Shown here one piece after another: positions 35,491 through 46,635 of a stretch of 64,000 nucleotides of DNA. The notes beneath the pieces were generated by a model. The model was given only the letters and a program-made list of their open reading frames with translations. It had not been told where the DNA came from and searched no databases. Within the stretch, counting starts at the first letter, position 1. The number at the start of each line of letters is the position of its first letter. This DNA comes from Squalus acanthias (taxonomy: Eukaryota): the NCBI GenBank assembly GCA_030390025.1, contig CM059432.1, forward strand, positions 108,130,001 through 108,194,000. The letters run 5' to 3'. Position numbers and translations under genes: made by a program.

Positions 35491-37249
35491 CATAGAACGG
35501 TACCCCATCTGGGACCACATATTGGATTTTGGCTGCATGCTTCTCACAATTATTTGGATGGGAAATTCTTGTTATGTGCTCCCAACAGGCAGGGCTCCAT
35601 TCCAAGAGCACAATTTCATCAAGTTACCCCTCACGCTCCTGAAGAAATTGGGATATATGGGGTGGGGGTGATTAGTTTAAGTATGTCCAGTAATTAATTA
35701 TGGGAAGAAAATAACTTGCTTGATTGCCTTAGGGCGTTGAGGAGGAATTTCCTGAAACTGACCATGTTTATTCCACTCCCCGAGGATTCATTAGTGCTGG
35801 AGCTTGCAGAAGGTGTGTTTGAGGGGCATATGGGCATCTAATGTGCTGTCTAATAGACTCGCCTTTCTTTTCACAAGATTTTACCGGATGAGGAAGGCCA
35901 TTCAGCCCATCTTGCTTCTTCCTAAAGTCTCCCCATTGCAGCATCCTATTTCTTAAATGATTCCAGGGTTTTTGCCTCCACTACTCTATCCGGAATTTTA
36001 TTTCCTGCATTGATCACTCTTTGTGTGAAGATCAGCTTCCTGATATTAATCCTAAATTTTCCTTTCACTAGTTTGAAACTGCGGCCCCTTTTCTTACTCT
36101 CATAGTTCAATTCAAGGTAACTCTCCATGATTTACTTTTCCCTATGTTCATATGCACCTAGTCATTCTTTTTTAAATTCCAGCCCTTACCACTATACATG
36201 GTTAGAGATTGGTAATCTCCAATTATAGCTTTTAGATCAATCAAGACTGAAGAAGTCAGAAAAATATCACCCAACCAGTTTTTTGCTGCTGAACTAAGCA
36301 TTTGTTGTACTTCTGTCAGCTGGTAGTTTGCACAATTTTAGACTTTTAATGCACACTACCCACCAACAGGAGAACCTCAGCCCGTGATTTACAGAATATT
36401 TGATGTGCTCCATGTTGTTCAGTCAAATTTTCAATATTTTCCACTCCTGTAATTATGGAAGTTTTCATTGGAGCAAAGGAGATTATGGGGCGTTTTGATC
36501 GAGGTGTTTGAACTTATGAAGGGATGGGACAGAATAGCTAGAAACAGACCATTTCCAGTGAGTGAGGGGTCTAGAATGAGGGACATAAATATAAGATTAA
36601 ATGTAAGAGATTTAGGATAAAGAGTAGGAAATACTTTTTTGTTTTTACACAGAGGCTTGTGAGCCTGTGGAATGCATTACTAGAGTTAGTGATTGAAGCA
36701 GAGACCATATCAATCATTAGGAATAGTTTAGATAGATGGTTGAAGGAAAAGGAAATCAAGGGACATGGGAACAGGGCAAGCATATGGGATTAGGACGACT
36801 GCTTGTGTGGAAGATAAACACCAAACAGCCTGTTTCCAGGTTGTAATTTCTAGGCTGTACACTCTTGCCTCTGAGTCAGAAGGTTGAGTGTTTAAGTCTC
36901 ACTCTAGAGACTTGAACACAAAATCTAGGCTGACACTCCAGCGCAGTACTGAGGGAGTACTGCACTGTCAAGAGTGCAACCTTTGGATGAAAAGTTAAAC
37001 CAAGGTCTGCCCTCCCAGGCGGATATAAAACGTCCCATGGAAATATTTCGAAGGAGAGTTCTCCCCTGATGTCCTGGACAATATTTATCACTCAACCAAC
37101 ATCACTAAAACAGATTATCTGATCATTATCTCATTGCTGTTTGTGGGTCCTTGCTGTACATTACAATAGAGACTACACTACAAAAGTAATTAATTGGCTG
37201 TAAAGCGCTTTGGATGTCCTGAGGTTGTGAAAGGCTCTGTGTACATTTT

Positions 37250-37510
37250 TCCTTATTCATTCACAGGATGTGGGCATCGCTGGCAAGGCCAGCATTTATT
37301 GCCCATCCCTAATTGCCCTTGAGAAGGTGGTGGTGAGCTGCCTTCCTGAACTGCTGCAGTCCCTGTGGTGAAGGTACTCACACAGTGCTGTTAGGGAGGG
37401 AGTTCCAGGATTTTGACCCAGCAACGATGAAGAAACGCTGATATATTTCCAAGTCAGGATGGTGTGCAACTTGGAGGGGAACCTGGAGGTGGTGGTGTTC
37501 CCATGTGCCT
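37250..37510 (-). mobile_element. 3' fragment of the tRNA-headed LINE family; another at 47357-47890 (-)
   Basis: Reverse complement matches 59075-59325 (CACCACCACCTTCTCAAGGGCAATTAGGGATGGGCAATAAATGC). Confidence 0.88.
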
Positions 37511-37982
37511 GCATGCAATTTCTTTCTTTTTATGTATTCGGGCAGTGCACAGACTCATGACAAAGTCTGGTAAGTTCTGCATCAGATTATCATTAGAGCC
37601 TCTGGGGCACAGAGCTTTATGGACTAGAAGCAAATATGGGGAATTTGGCCACACATTTCCCACCATACCCCCACAGTTTTCTGTCCATTTGTTATGAGAT
37701 TGCGTCTGGATTCCCAATGCATGCTCCCATACACAAAGCTCTAGAATCAGGAGTGAAAGTGAACCTTTGTCCCATTCTTCACTTATTCATCAACACTGAT
37801 GTCAGCCTCACTTTCAAAAGCATTGGTGGTAATTATGTGAAGTCATGTCTAACCATGTATCAATACAGAAATAAAAATAATATTACAGCTTATTAATTAC
37901 AAAACTACTTTTTTTTTCAACTTTCATTTTTCAGTTGCCAGATTTCCAACCATAGCCTACAAACTGCTGTAGGTGCTATCAC

Positions 37983-38289
37983 AGAATCCCCACAGTGCAG
38001 ATAGAGGCCATTTCGGCCCACCGAGCCTGCACCGACACATATCCCACCCTATCCCCGTAACCCCACGTATTAACCCCCCTAACACTAAGGGTTAATTTAT
38101 CATAGCCAGATCAACCTAACCAGCACATCTTTGGACTGTGGGAGGAAACCGGAGGACCTGGAGGAAACCCACGCAGACACGGGGAGAATGTGCAAACTCC
38201 ACACAGACAGTCACCCGAAGCCGGATTCAAACCCGGGTCCCTGGCGCTGTGAGGCAACAGTGCTAACCACTATGCCACCGTGCTGCCCC
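37983..38289 (-). mobile_element. HE1-type V-SINE (tRNA head, V domain, CR1-derived tail)
   Basis: Reverse strand GGGCAGCACGGTGGCATAGTGGTTAGCACTGTTGCCTCACAGCGCCAGGGACCCGGGTTTGAATCC; V domain GTCTGTGTGGAGTTTGCACATTCTCCCCGTGTCTGCGTGGGTTTCCTCC. Confidence 0.88.
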
Positions 38290-38334
38290 TATTGAGCAGT
38301 TAATACAATGCTACTTTGGATGTGAGGTTTAGCT

Positions 38335-38577
38335 GTCAGCCTTGGCTCAGTGGTAGTACTCTCACCATTGAGTCAGAATGTAGGTTTAAGCCCCACTCCA
38401 GAGACTTGAGCAAGTAATCCAGGGTAGATCTTCAGCGCAGTGCTGCACTGTCAGAGGTGCCACCTTTTGCCCTGACAGGTGGATGCAAAAGATCCCACGG
38501 CACTATTTAAAATAGAGCAGAGGAGTTCTCCTGGTGCCATGGCAAACATTTATCTCTCAGCCAACACCTAAAACAGG
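38335..38577 (+). mobile_element. 5' half of a Deu-domain SINE; 3' half at 42577-42750
   Basis: Ends ...CAACACCTAAAACAGG and resumes ATCTGGTCATTATCTCATTGC; intact copy reads CACTAAAACAGATTATCTGATCATTATC at ~37103. Confidence 0.88.
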
Positions 38578-41500
38578 TGGCTTAAACCCGAGTTCCTACA
38601 GAGTAGGAACCCCCACCCGCCCTCCTCCTCTAACCTACTAGTCTTTTAGCAGTCTAAAAACAGAGGTCACAAATTTTTTGGTCTCAGTTTCTTTTCAGCA
38701 GGGCAGGAACCGGGAGGAGCGGGAAGTCAGCGTAGGACCAAGGGGACACAAGACCGGGAAGTCAGCGAAAGACCAGGGAGGTAAGACTAACTGGTAAGTA
38801 CTTTCCTCAAACCTTCCTAGAAAGTAAAACTAAAACTAGTGGGATTTGGTTAGTTTAAAAAGGAATAAGAGGAGTACAGTATACATTGGTCTAAGTAAGC
38901 TTCGGGAAAACAAAAGTCAATAAATAAACTAAAACTAGAAAATTAAAAAGTAATATAAGGGTTAAGTCATGGCAGTAGAGCTCGGACCTGTGTCATGCTC
39001 CTCCTGTAACATGTGGGAAATCAGGGACGCTTCCTGTGTCCCTGACAACCATGTGTGCGGGAAGTGTGTCCAGCTGCAGCTCATGTGGGACCGCATGACG
39101 GCCCTTGAGCTGCGGATGGACTCACTTTGGAGCATCCACGATTCTGAGAGGGTTGTGGATAACACATTTAGTGAGTTGGTCACACCGCAGGTTAAGGCCA
39201 GCGTAGATAGTACATGGGTGACCAAAAGGCAGAGCAAGGGCAGGAAGGTAGTGCAGAAATCCCCTGGGGTTGTCTCCCTTAGCAACAGGTTCACCGCCTT
39301 AGGTGCTGTTGTCGGGGGGGATGACTCATCGGGGGAAGGCACCAGCAGCCAGGCTCATGGCACCATGACTGGCTCTGTTGCAAAGAAGGGAGGGAAAAAG
39401 AGTGGCAGGGCTATAGTAATAGGGGATTCGATTGTAAGGGGAATAGATAGGGGTTTCTGTGGTCGCGACCGAGACTCCAGGATGGTATGTTGCCTCCCTG
39501 GTGCAAGGGTCAAGGATGTCTCGGCGCGGGTGCAGAACATTCTGGAGGGGGAGGGGGAACAGCCAGTTGTCGTGATACATGTTGGTACCAACGACGTAGC
39601 TAAAAAAAGGGAAGAGGTCCTACAAGTAGAATTTAGGGAGTTAGGAGCCAAGCTAAAAAGTAGGACCTCGAAGGTAGTAATCTCTGGATTACTACCAGTG
39701 CCACGTGCTAGTAAGAGTACAGAGAACAGGATAGTTAGGCTAAATACGTGGCTTGAGCAGTGGTGTAAGAGGGAGGGTTTTAAATTTTTGAGGCATTGGA
39801 ACCAGTTTTGTGGTAGGTGTGACCTATACAAAAGGGACGGTCTACACCTGTGCAAAGATGGAACTGATGTTCTCGGGGTAATTTTTGATAAAGCAGTTCG
39901 GGAGCATTTAAACTAGTATGGCAGGGGGCTAGAAACCTATGTAGTGAAATAGAGGAAAGTGAAAGGCAGACAGAAATAAATGGTAAAAGGGTGAGGAACA
40001 AAAAACAAAGGGCCAAACCAATTCATAAAAAATGTGAGCATAAAAAAAGCCTGAGGGTTTTATACCTTAATGCGAGAAGCATCAGGAACAAGGTAGATGA
40101 ATTAGCTGTGGAAATAGAGGTTAATAATTATGATCTAATTGGGATTACGGAAACATGGTTGCAGGGTGAGCAGGGCTGGGAGCTTAACATACAGGGGTAT
40201 TCAGTATTTAGGAAGGATCGACAAAAAAGAAAGGGAGGAGGGGTAGCATTGCTGGTAAAAGAAGGGATAAATGCAACTGAAAGGAAGGATATTAACTCAG
40301 TTAATACAGAATCTATATGGGTGGAGCTAAGAAATAGCGAGGGGCGAAAAACATTAATAGGAGTGGTATATAGGCCTCCAAATAGTAAAATAGAGGTTGG
40401 GGAGGGCATCACGAGGGAAATTAGAGAAGCGTGCAATAAGAGCACAGCTGTCATCATAGGTGACTTTAACTTACATATAGATTGGAATAGCCTAATCAGT
40501 AAAAATAATGAGGAGGAGGAATTCCTTGAGTGTTTAAGGGATGGTTATCTGGATCAATATGTCGAGGAACCAACTCGGGAACAGGCTATATTGGACTGGG
40601 TACTGTGCAATGAGAAGGGACTAATTAGTAATCTTGTTGTACGGGGACCCTTGGGTCAGAGCGATCATAACATGATCGATTTCTCACTCGAAATGGAGAG
40701 CGAAGAAATTGACTCAGATACTAAGGTCCTGAATTTAAACAAGGGGAATTATGATGCCATTAGACGGGAACTGAGTAGGTCTGATTGGACAACGTTCCTG
40801 GGAGGACTGGAGGTAGATAAACAATGGCAAGCATTTAAAGATAGAATGACAAAATTGCAAAAATTGTTCATACCAATCTGGCATAAAAGGAAATCTAAAA
40901 AGGTGACTCAACCGTGGATAACAGGGGAAATTAGAGACAGCATAAAATCCAAAGATAGGGCGTATAAAATAGCCAAAAAAAGCGCCAGAGCGGAAGATTG
41001 GGAACAGTTTAAGATAGAGCAAAGGAGGACAAAGGGCTTAATCAAGAGGGGCAAAATAGCTTACGAAAGCAAGCTGGCGGAAAATATAAAAACTAACTCC
41101 AAAAGCTTTTATAAGTATATCAAGAGGAAAAGACTGGTGAAAACCAAAGTTGGCCCATTGCAGTCAGATACGGGGGAATATATAACGGGAAATAAAGAAA
41201 TGGCAGACCAACTAAATGCATACTTTGGGTCAGTCTTTACGAAGGAAGACACAAAAAACCACCCTGGGATATCGGGAAAAATAGGGACATTTGCAAAGGA
41301 GGAACTGACGCAAGTCAATATCTCTAAGGATATGGTGTTAAGGAAGCTAAAGGGATTGAAGGCGGACAAATCCCCAGGGCCTGATAACATGCATCCTAGG
41401 GTGCTGAAGGAGGTGGCCCTAGAGATAGCGGATGCACTAAGTATGATTTTTCAGAATTCATTAGACTCGGGAACAGTGCCCATGGATTGGAGGGTAGCTA

Positions 41501-42576
41501 ACGTTACCCCACTATTCAAAAAGGGGGGTAGGGAAAAAGCAGGTAATTACAGACCTGTAAGCCTTACATCAGTTGTGGGCAAAATGCTGGAGTCCATCAT
41601 TAAGGATGAAATAGCGGAGCACTTAGCAAATGGGGACAGGATAGGACAGAGTCAACATGGATTTACAAAGGGTAAATCGTGCTTGACTAATCTATTGGAA
41701 TTTTTTGAGGGAGTAACTGGTAAAATAGATGGGGGAGAGCCAGTAGATGTGGTGTACCTGGACTTCCAAAAGGCCTTCGATAAGGTCCCACATAAAAGAT
41801 TAGCAGGGAAAATTGAAGCTCATGGGATAAAGGGGAAAGTATTGACGTGGATAGAGAACTGGCTGTCAGATAGAAAACAGAGAGTTGGAATAAACGGCTC
41901 ATTTTCTGAATGGCAGGCAGTAACAAGTGGGGTACCACAGGGATCTGTCCTGGGTCCCCAGCTGTTCACAATTTACATTAATGACCTGGATCAGGGAGTC
42001 GGATGCAGCATTTCCAAATTTGCAGACGACACTAAACTAGGAGGGGGGGTGGGCTCAGAGGAGGAGACCAGGAAGCTCCAGAGCGATTTGGACAGACTGG
42101 GTGATTGGGCGGATAAATGGCAGATGCACTATAATGTGGACAAGTGCGAAGTTATCCACCTTGGGTGCAGGAACGGGAGGGCAAATTATTATTTAAATGG
42201 CAATAAATTGGGAGAGGGGGAAGTACAGAGAGACCTGGGTGTTCTTGTACACCAGTCACTGAAGGCGAGCATGCAGGTGCAACAGGCGATCAAGAAGGCA
42301 AACGGTATGCTGGCCTTCATAGCAAAAGGGTTGGAATACAGGAACAGGGATACCTTGCTGCAGCTGTACAGGGCACTGGTGAGACCACACCTCGAGTACT
42401 GTGTACAGTTTTGGTCGCCTCATCTGAGGAAAGATGTTCTTGCCATGGAAGGGGTGCAGCGGCGATTCACCAGGCTGATACCAGGAATGGCGGGATTGAC
42501 CTATGAGGAGAGACTATGTAGTTTAGGGATGTACACACTGGAGTTTAGAAGATTGAGAGGGGACCTCATAGAAGTA
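38578..42576 (+). mobile_element. Young CR1 LINE with 5' UTR, ORF1 and ORF2; 3' end missing
   Basis: Two long uninterrupted ORFs; no 3' UTR or microsatellite tail. Confidence 0.95.
38969..39916 (+). CDS. CR1 ORF1p: Cys/His zinc finger, coiled coil and SGNH/GDSL esterase domain (315 aa)
   Basis: CSSC...HVCGKC; GDSIVRG, PGARVKD, HVGTND, DGLHL. Confidence 0.93.
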   Translation: MAVELGPVSCSSCNMWEIRDASCVPDNHVCGKCVQLQLMWDRMTALELRMDSLWSIHDSERVVDNTFSELVTPQVKASVDSTWVTKRQSKGRKVVQKSPGVVSLSNRFTALGAVVGGDDSSGEGTSSQAHGTMTGSVAKKGGKKSGRAIVIGDSIVRGIDRGFCGRDRDSRMVCCLPGARVKDVSARVQNILEGEGEQPVVVIHVGTNDVAKKREEVLQVEFRELGAKLKSRTSKVVISGLLPVPRASKSTENRIVRLNTWLEQWCKREGFKFLRHWNQFCGRCDLYKRDGLHLCKDGTDVLGVIFDKAVREHLN

Positions 42577-42579
42577 TAA
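39907..42579 (+). CDS. CR1 ORF2p: APE endonuclease and reverse transcriptase, C-terminally truncated, no initiating AUG
   Basis: YLNARSIRNK, GITETW, GDFN, SDH; QHGF, YLDFQKAFDKVPH, GVPQGSVLGP, FADD; frame open from 39892. Confidence 0.93.
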   Translation, partial: FKLVWQGARNLCSEIEESERQTEINGKRVRNKKQRAKPIHKKCEHKKSLRVLYLNARSIRNKVDELAVEIEVNNYDLIGITETWLQGEQGWELNIQGYSVFRKDRQKRKGGGVALLVKEGINATERKDINSVNTESIWVELRNSEGRKTLIGVVYRPPNSKIEVGEGITREIREACNKSTAVIIGDFNLHIDWNSLISKNNEEEEFLECLRDGYLDQYVEEPTREQAILDWVLCNEKGLISNLVVRGPLGQSDHNMIDFSLEMESEEIDSDTKVLNLNKGNYDAIRRELSRSDWTTFLGGLEVDKQWQAFKDRMTKLQKLFIPIWHKRKSKKVTQPWITGEIRDSIKSKDRAYKIAKKSARAEDWEQFKIEQRRTKGLIKRGKIAYESKLAENIKTNSKSFYKYIKRKRLVKTKVGPLQSDTGEYITGNKEMADQLNAYFGSVFTKEDTKNHPGISGKIGTFAKEELTQVNISKDMVLRKLKGLKADKSPGPDNMHPRVLKEVALEIADALSMIFQNSLDSGTVPMDWRVANVTPLFKKGGREKAGNYRPVSLTSVVGKMLESIIKDEIAEHLANGDRIGQSQHGFTKGKSCLTNLLEFFEGVTGKIDGGEPVDVVYLDFQKAFDKVPHKRLAGKIEAHGIKGKVLTWIENWLSDRKQRVGINGSFSEWQAVTSGVPQGSVLGPQLFTIYINDLDQGVGCSISKFADDTKLGGGVGSEEETRKLQSDLDRLGDWADKWQMHYNVDKCEVIHLGCRNGRANYYLNGNKLGEGEVQRDLGVLVHQSLKASMQVQQAIKKANGMLAFIAKGLEYRNRDTLLQLYRALVRPHLEYCVQFWSPHLRKDVLAMEGVQRRFTRLIPGMAGLTYEERLCSLGMYTLEFRRLRGDLIEV

Positions 42580-42954
42580 TCTGGTCATTATCTCATTGCT
42601 GTTTGTGGGAGCTTGCTGTGTGTACATTTGTTGCCATGGTTCCTACATTACAACAGTGACTACACTTCAAAGTTACTTCAGTGGCTATAAAGCATTTTGC
42701 GATGTCCTAAGGTTGTGACAGGTGCTATATAAATGCTAGTTCTTTCTTTTATAATCGATTCCATTATTTTACATAGAACTGAAGAACAACTAATGTGTCT
42801 GTAGCTGCCTATGTCTGTTTTTCGTTGAATTTAAATGGAGCTGGGGCCTCAAAATCACAGGGGTCACTTTGCCGATGGAATGGGTGGACAACCAAAGATC
42901 AAAATTGACCCCAAGATATCCAACCAATGCAGAGCAGCAATCAACAAAGCCAAC

Positions 42955-43720
42955 ACAGAAAAGTGTGCGGTGATGCATTTCGGTAGGAAAGATGAGGAGA
43001 GACAACAAGCTAAATGGTAAAATTTTAAAGGGGGTGCAAGAACAGAGAGACCTGGGGGTGTTTGTGCACAAATCTTTGAAGGTGACAGGACAGGTTAACA
43101 AAGTATTTAATAAAGCATATGGAATCCTGGGCTTTATAAATAGAGGCATACAGTACAAAAGCCAGGAAGTTATGCTAAACCTATATAAAACACTAGTTCA
43201 GCATCACACTTTAGGAAGGACATGAAGGCTTTGGAAAGGGTATGGAAGAAATTTATTAGAATGGTTCCAGGGATGACGGAATACGGTTACGTGGATAGAC
43301 TAGAGAAGCTGGGGTTGTTCTCCTTGGAGCAGAGAAGGCTAAGAGGAGATTTGATAGAGGTGTTCAAAATTATGAAGGGTTTAGATAGAGTAATAAAGAG
43401 AAACTGTTTCCAATGGATGAAGGGTCGATAACCAGATTTAAGGTTATTGGCAAAAGAACCAAAGGCGACATGAGTAAAAACATTTTTACGCAATGAGTGG
43501 TTAGGACTTGGAATGCACTGCCTGATCGGGTGGTGAATACCGATTCAATAGTAGCTTTCAAAAGGGAATTAGATAAATATGTGAAGCAGAAAATATTGCA
43601 GGGATATGGGGAAAGAGCTAGGGAATGGGAGTAACTGGATTGCTTTTTGAAAGCAGACTCGATGGGCCGAATGGACACCTTCGGTGCTGTACTATTCTAT
43701 AATTCTATGATTCTATGATT
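42955..43720 (+). mobile_element. CR1 5'-truncated copy with CTATGATT tail
   Basis: EKCAVMHFGRK, QRDLGVFVHKSLK, LFSLEQRRLRGDLIEVFKIM; tail at ~43695-43720. Confidence 0.9.
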
Positions 43721-44242
43721 AGAATGTTAAACTACATAGCCAAAAGTGTAGACAAAGCCATGATCAACCATACAGTGCTCTGGCCAGTCTTTGCATTGAG
43801 TACTGCCAAGGTTGAGTCCTAATGTCAAAGATCTGAGATATGAGGAAAGACTGAAGCAACGTGAGCTTTTGAACCTGGAAACGAGAACTCGGAGAGGTGA
43901 TCTTAGAGAGATATACGAGATAGATAAGAGAATGGAAAAGATAAATCCAGAATATTATTAATTGTGAGAGCAGGATAAGGGGGCATAGGTTCAAACTAGT
44001 AAAAGGTAAATTTAGAATTGATATCAGCAAGTTCTTCACACAGAGTGAACACTTTGAGTGGCCTCTCGGATAGAGTAGTGGAGGGAAAAACCTGGAATCA
44101 TTTATTAAAGTATTGGATGTTGCAGTGGGTGGGGCGCCTTTAGGGGACTTTCTGGATGGATGAATTGAGATGGATCGAATGTCCTGTTTCATCCATAATT
44201 ACATGATCCTAAAACTCTTAAGGCTCTTAAAAGATAATTTAC

Positions 44243-44262
44243 CCAGTACAGTGGTGAAATAT
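44243..44262 (-). other. Candidate 20-nt microexon
   Basis: TTGAC branch-like motif, long pyrimidine tract, TTCAG acceptor, TGG|GTAAAT donor. Confidence 0.4.
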
Positions 44263-44494
44263 CTGAAGCAAAAATGAGAGGGCAATACAAAAGTCAATGG
44301 AAGGCCATGTTCATGGTCACACAGAAAAAGCGATACCATACAGCACTCTATCATATTACCAGCATTTGGGACAGGATATTTCACTTTCATACTCTGTTTC
44401 TCACTCTTTGATACATTGCCCAAATCACCATTATTGATCTATGAGCCTCAATAGCATGTGTCATCAGGCTATTTGACTGCGAAGGGCATCACAG

Positions 44495-45706
44495 AATCAT
44501 AGAATCATAGAAAGTTACAGCACAGAAGGAAGCCATTTCGGCCCATCGTGTCCGCGCCGGCCAACAAAGAGCTATCCCTCCTAATCCCACTTCCCAGCTC
44601 TTGGTCCGTAGCCCTGCAGGTTACAGCATCCCAAGTGCACATCCAAGTACTTCTTAAATGTGGTTAGGGTTTTTGCCTCTACCACCCTTTCAGGCAGTGA
44701 GTTCCAGACCCCCACAACCCTCTGGGTGAAGAAATTTCCCCTCAAATCCCCTCTAAACCTTCCACCAATTACTTTAAATCTGTGCCCCCTGGTTTTTGAC
44801 CCCTCTGCGAAGGGAAATAGGTCCTTTCTATCCACTTTATCTAGGCCCCTCATAATTTTATACACCTCAATAAGGTCTCCCCTCAGCCTCCTCTGTTCCA
44901 AGGAAAACAAACCCAGCCTATCCAGTCTTTCCTCATAGCTAAGATTCACTACTCCCGGCAACATCCTTGTAAATCTCCTCTGTACCCTCTCGAGTGCAAT
45001 CACATCTTTCCTGTAAGGTGGTGACCAGAACTGCATGCAGTACTCCAGCTGAGGCCTAACTAGTGTTTTATACAGTTGAAGCATAACCCCCCTGCTCTTG
45101 TATTCTATGCCACGGCTAATAAAGGCAAGCATTCCGTATGCCTTCTTAACCACCTTATCTACCTGGCCTGCTACCTTCAGGGATCTGTGGACATGCACTC
45201 CAAGGTCCCTATGTTCCTCTACGCTACTCAGTGTCCAACCATTTAATGTGTATTCCCTTTCCTTGTTAGCCCTCCCTAAATGCATTACCTCACACTTCTC
45301 CGGATTGAATTCCATTTGCCACTGTTCTGCCCACCTGACCAATTTATTGATATCTTCCTGCAGTCTACAGCTTCCTTCTTCAGTATCAACCACACAGCCG
45401 ATTTTAGTATCATCTGCAAACTTCTTCATCATACCCACTATATTCAAGTCTAGATCATTGATATATACCACAAAAAGCAAGGGACCTAGTACTGAGCCCT
45501 GCGGAACCCACTGGAAACAGCCTTCCAGTCACAAAAACACCCATCAACCATTACCCCCTGCTTCCTGCCTCCGAGCCAGTTTTGAATCCAACTTGACACT
45601 TTGCTCTGGATCCCATGGGCTTTTAACTTCGTGACCAGTCTGCCATGTGGAACCTTATCAAAAGCCTTGCTAAAGTCCATATACACTACATCAAACGCAC
45701 TACCCT
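44495..45706 (-). mobile_element. CR1 5'-truncated copy with 8-bp TSD
   Basis: 299-aa RT C-terminal ORF (FADD...WNSLP); ATAGAATC tail on +; CATCACAG at 44487-44494 and 45707-45714. Confidence 0.93.
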
Positions 45707-45889
45707 CATCACAGCAGAGCTTGATCCTGTCCTCACCTGACATCACTGCACATGCACTTCCAACAGGGCTCGCTGGATATTGATCAGGTGCAGTAACCAT
45801 GGTAGATTTCCACCCACCCGCACTCACCCACCCCCCCCCAGCTCGGGAGCACGCCTGTCCCAACTGAAATCAACGAACTCAACACTCAA

Positions 45890-46635
45890 CGGGAGGAGAA
45901 AGCTCCATGAGCATCCTCAGCCTCAATGACGGCAGAGCCCAGCACATGGGTGCAAAAGACAAGACTGAAACATTTGCAAACATCTATAGCCAGAAGTGCC
46001 TAGTGGATGATCCATCTCGGCCTCCTCCTGAGGTCCCCACCATCACAGAAGCCAGTCTTCAGCCAATTCGATGCACTCCACATGATATCAAGAAACAGCT
46101 GAGTGCACTGGATACAGCAAAGGCTATGGGCCCCAACAATATCCCGGTTGCAGTGCTGAAGACTTGTGCTCCAGAACTAGCCGCCCCTCTAGCCAAGCTG
46201 TTCCAGTACAGCTACAACTCTGGCATCCACCCAACAAAGTGGAAAATTGCCCAGGTATGTCCTGTCCACAAAAAGCAGGACAAATCCAATCCGGCCAATT
46301 ACTGCCCCATCAGTCTACTCTCAATCATCAGCAAAGTGATGGAAGGTGTCGTTGACAGTGCTCTCAAGCGGAACTTACTCACCAATAACCTGATCACCGA
46401 CGCTCAGTTTGGGTTCCACCAGGACCACTTGGCTCCAGACCTCATTACAGCCTTGGTCCAAACATGGACAAAGGAGTTGAATTCCACTGGTGAGCTAAGA
46501 GTGACTGCCCTTGACATCAAGGCAGCATTTGACCGAGTGTGGCATCAAGGAGCCCTCATAAAATTGAAGTCAATGGGAATCAGGGGGGAAAACTCTCCAC
46601 TTGCCAGTGATGCCCACATACTGTGAATGAATAAT
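45890..46635 (+). mobile_element. Internal RT fragment of the tRNA-headed LINE family fused to its own terminal ~35 nt
   Basis: 239-aa ORF homologous to 57545-58258, then TTGCCAGTGATGCCCACAT...GAATGAAT as at 59294-59325. Confidence 0.88.

Noticed and set aside
34248..42579. Idea that the 34.2-34.6 kb minus-strand CR1 piece is the missing 3' end of the large CR1, moved by an inversion (both break near RGDLIE)
   Set aside because: The overlapping codons differ (GATCTTATAGAGACG versus GACCTCATAGAAGTA), and each piece sits in its own SINE whose halves rejoin independently
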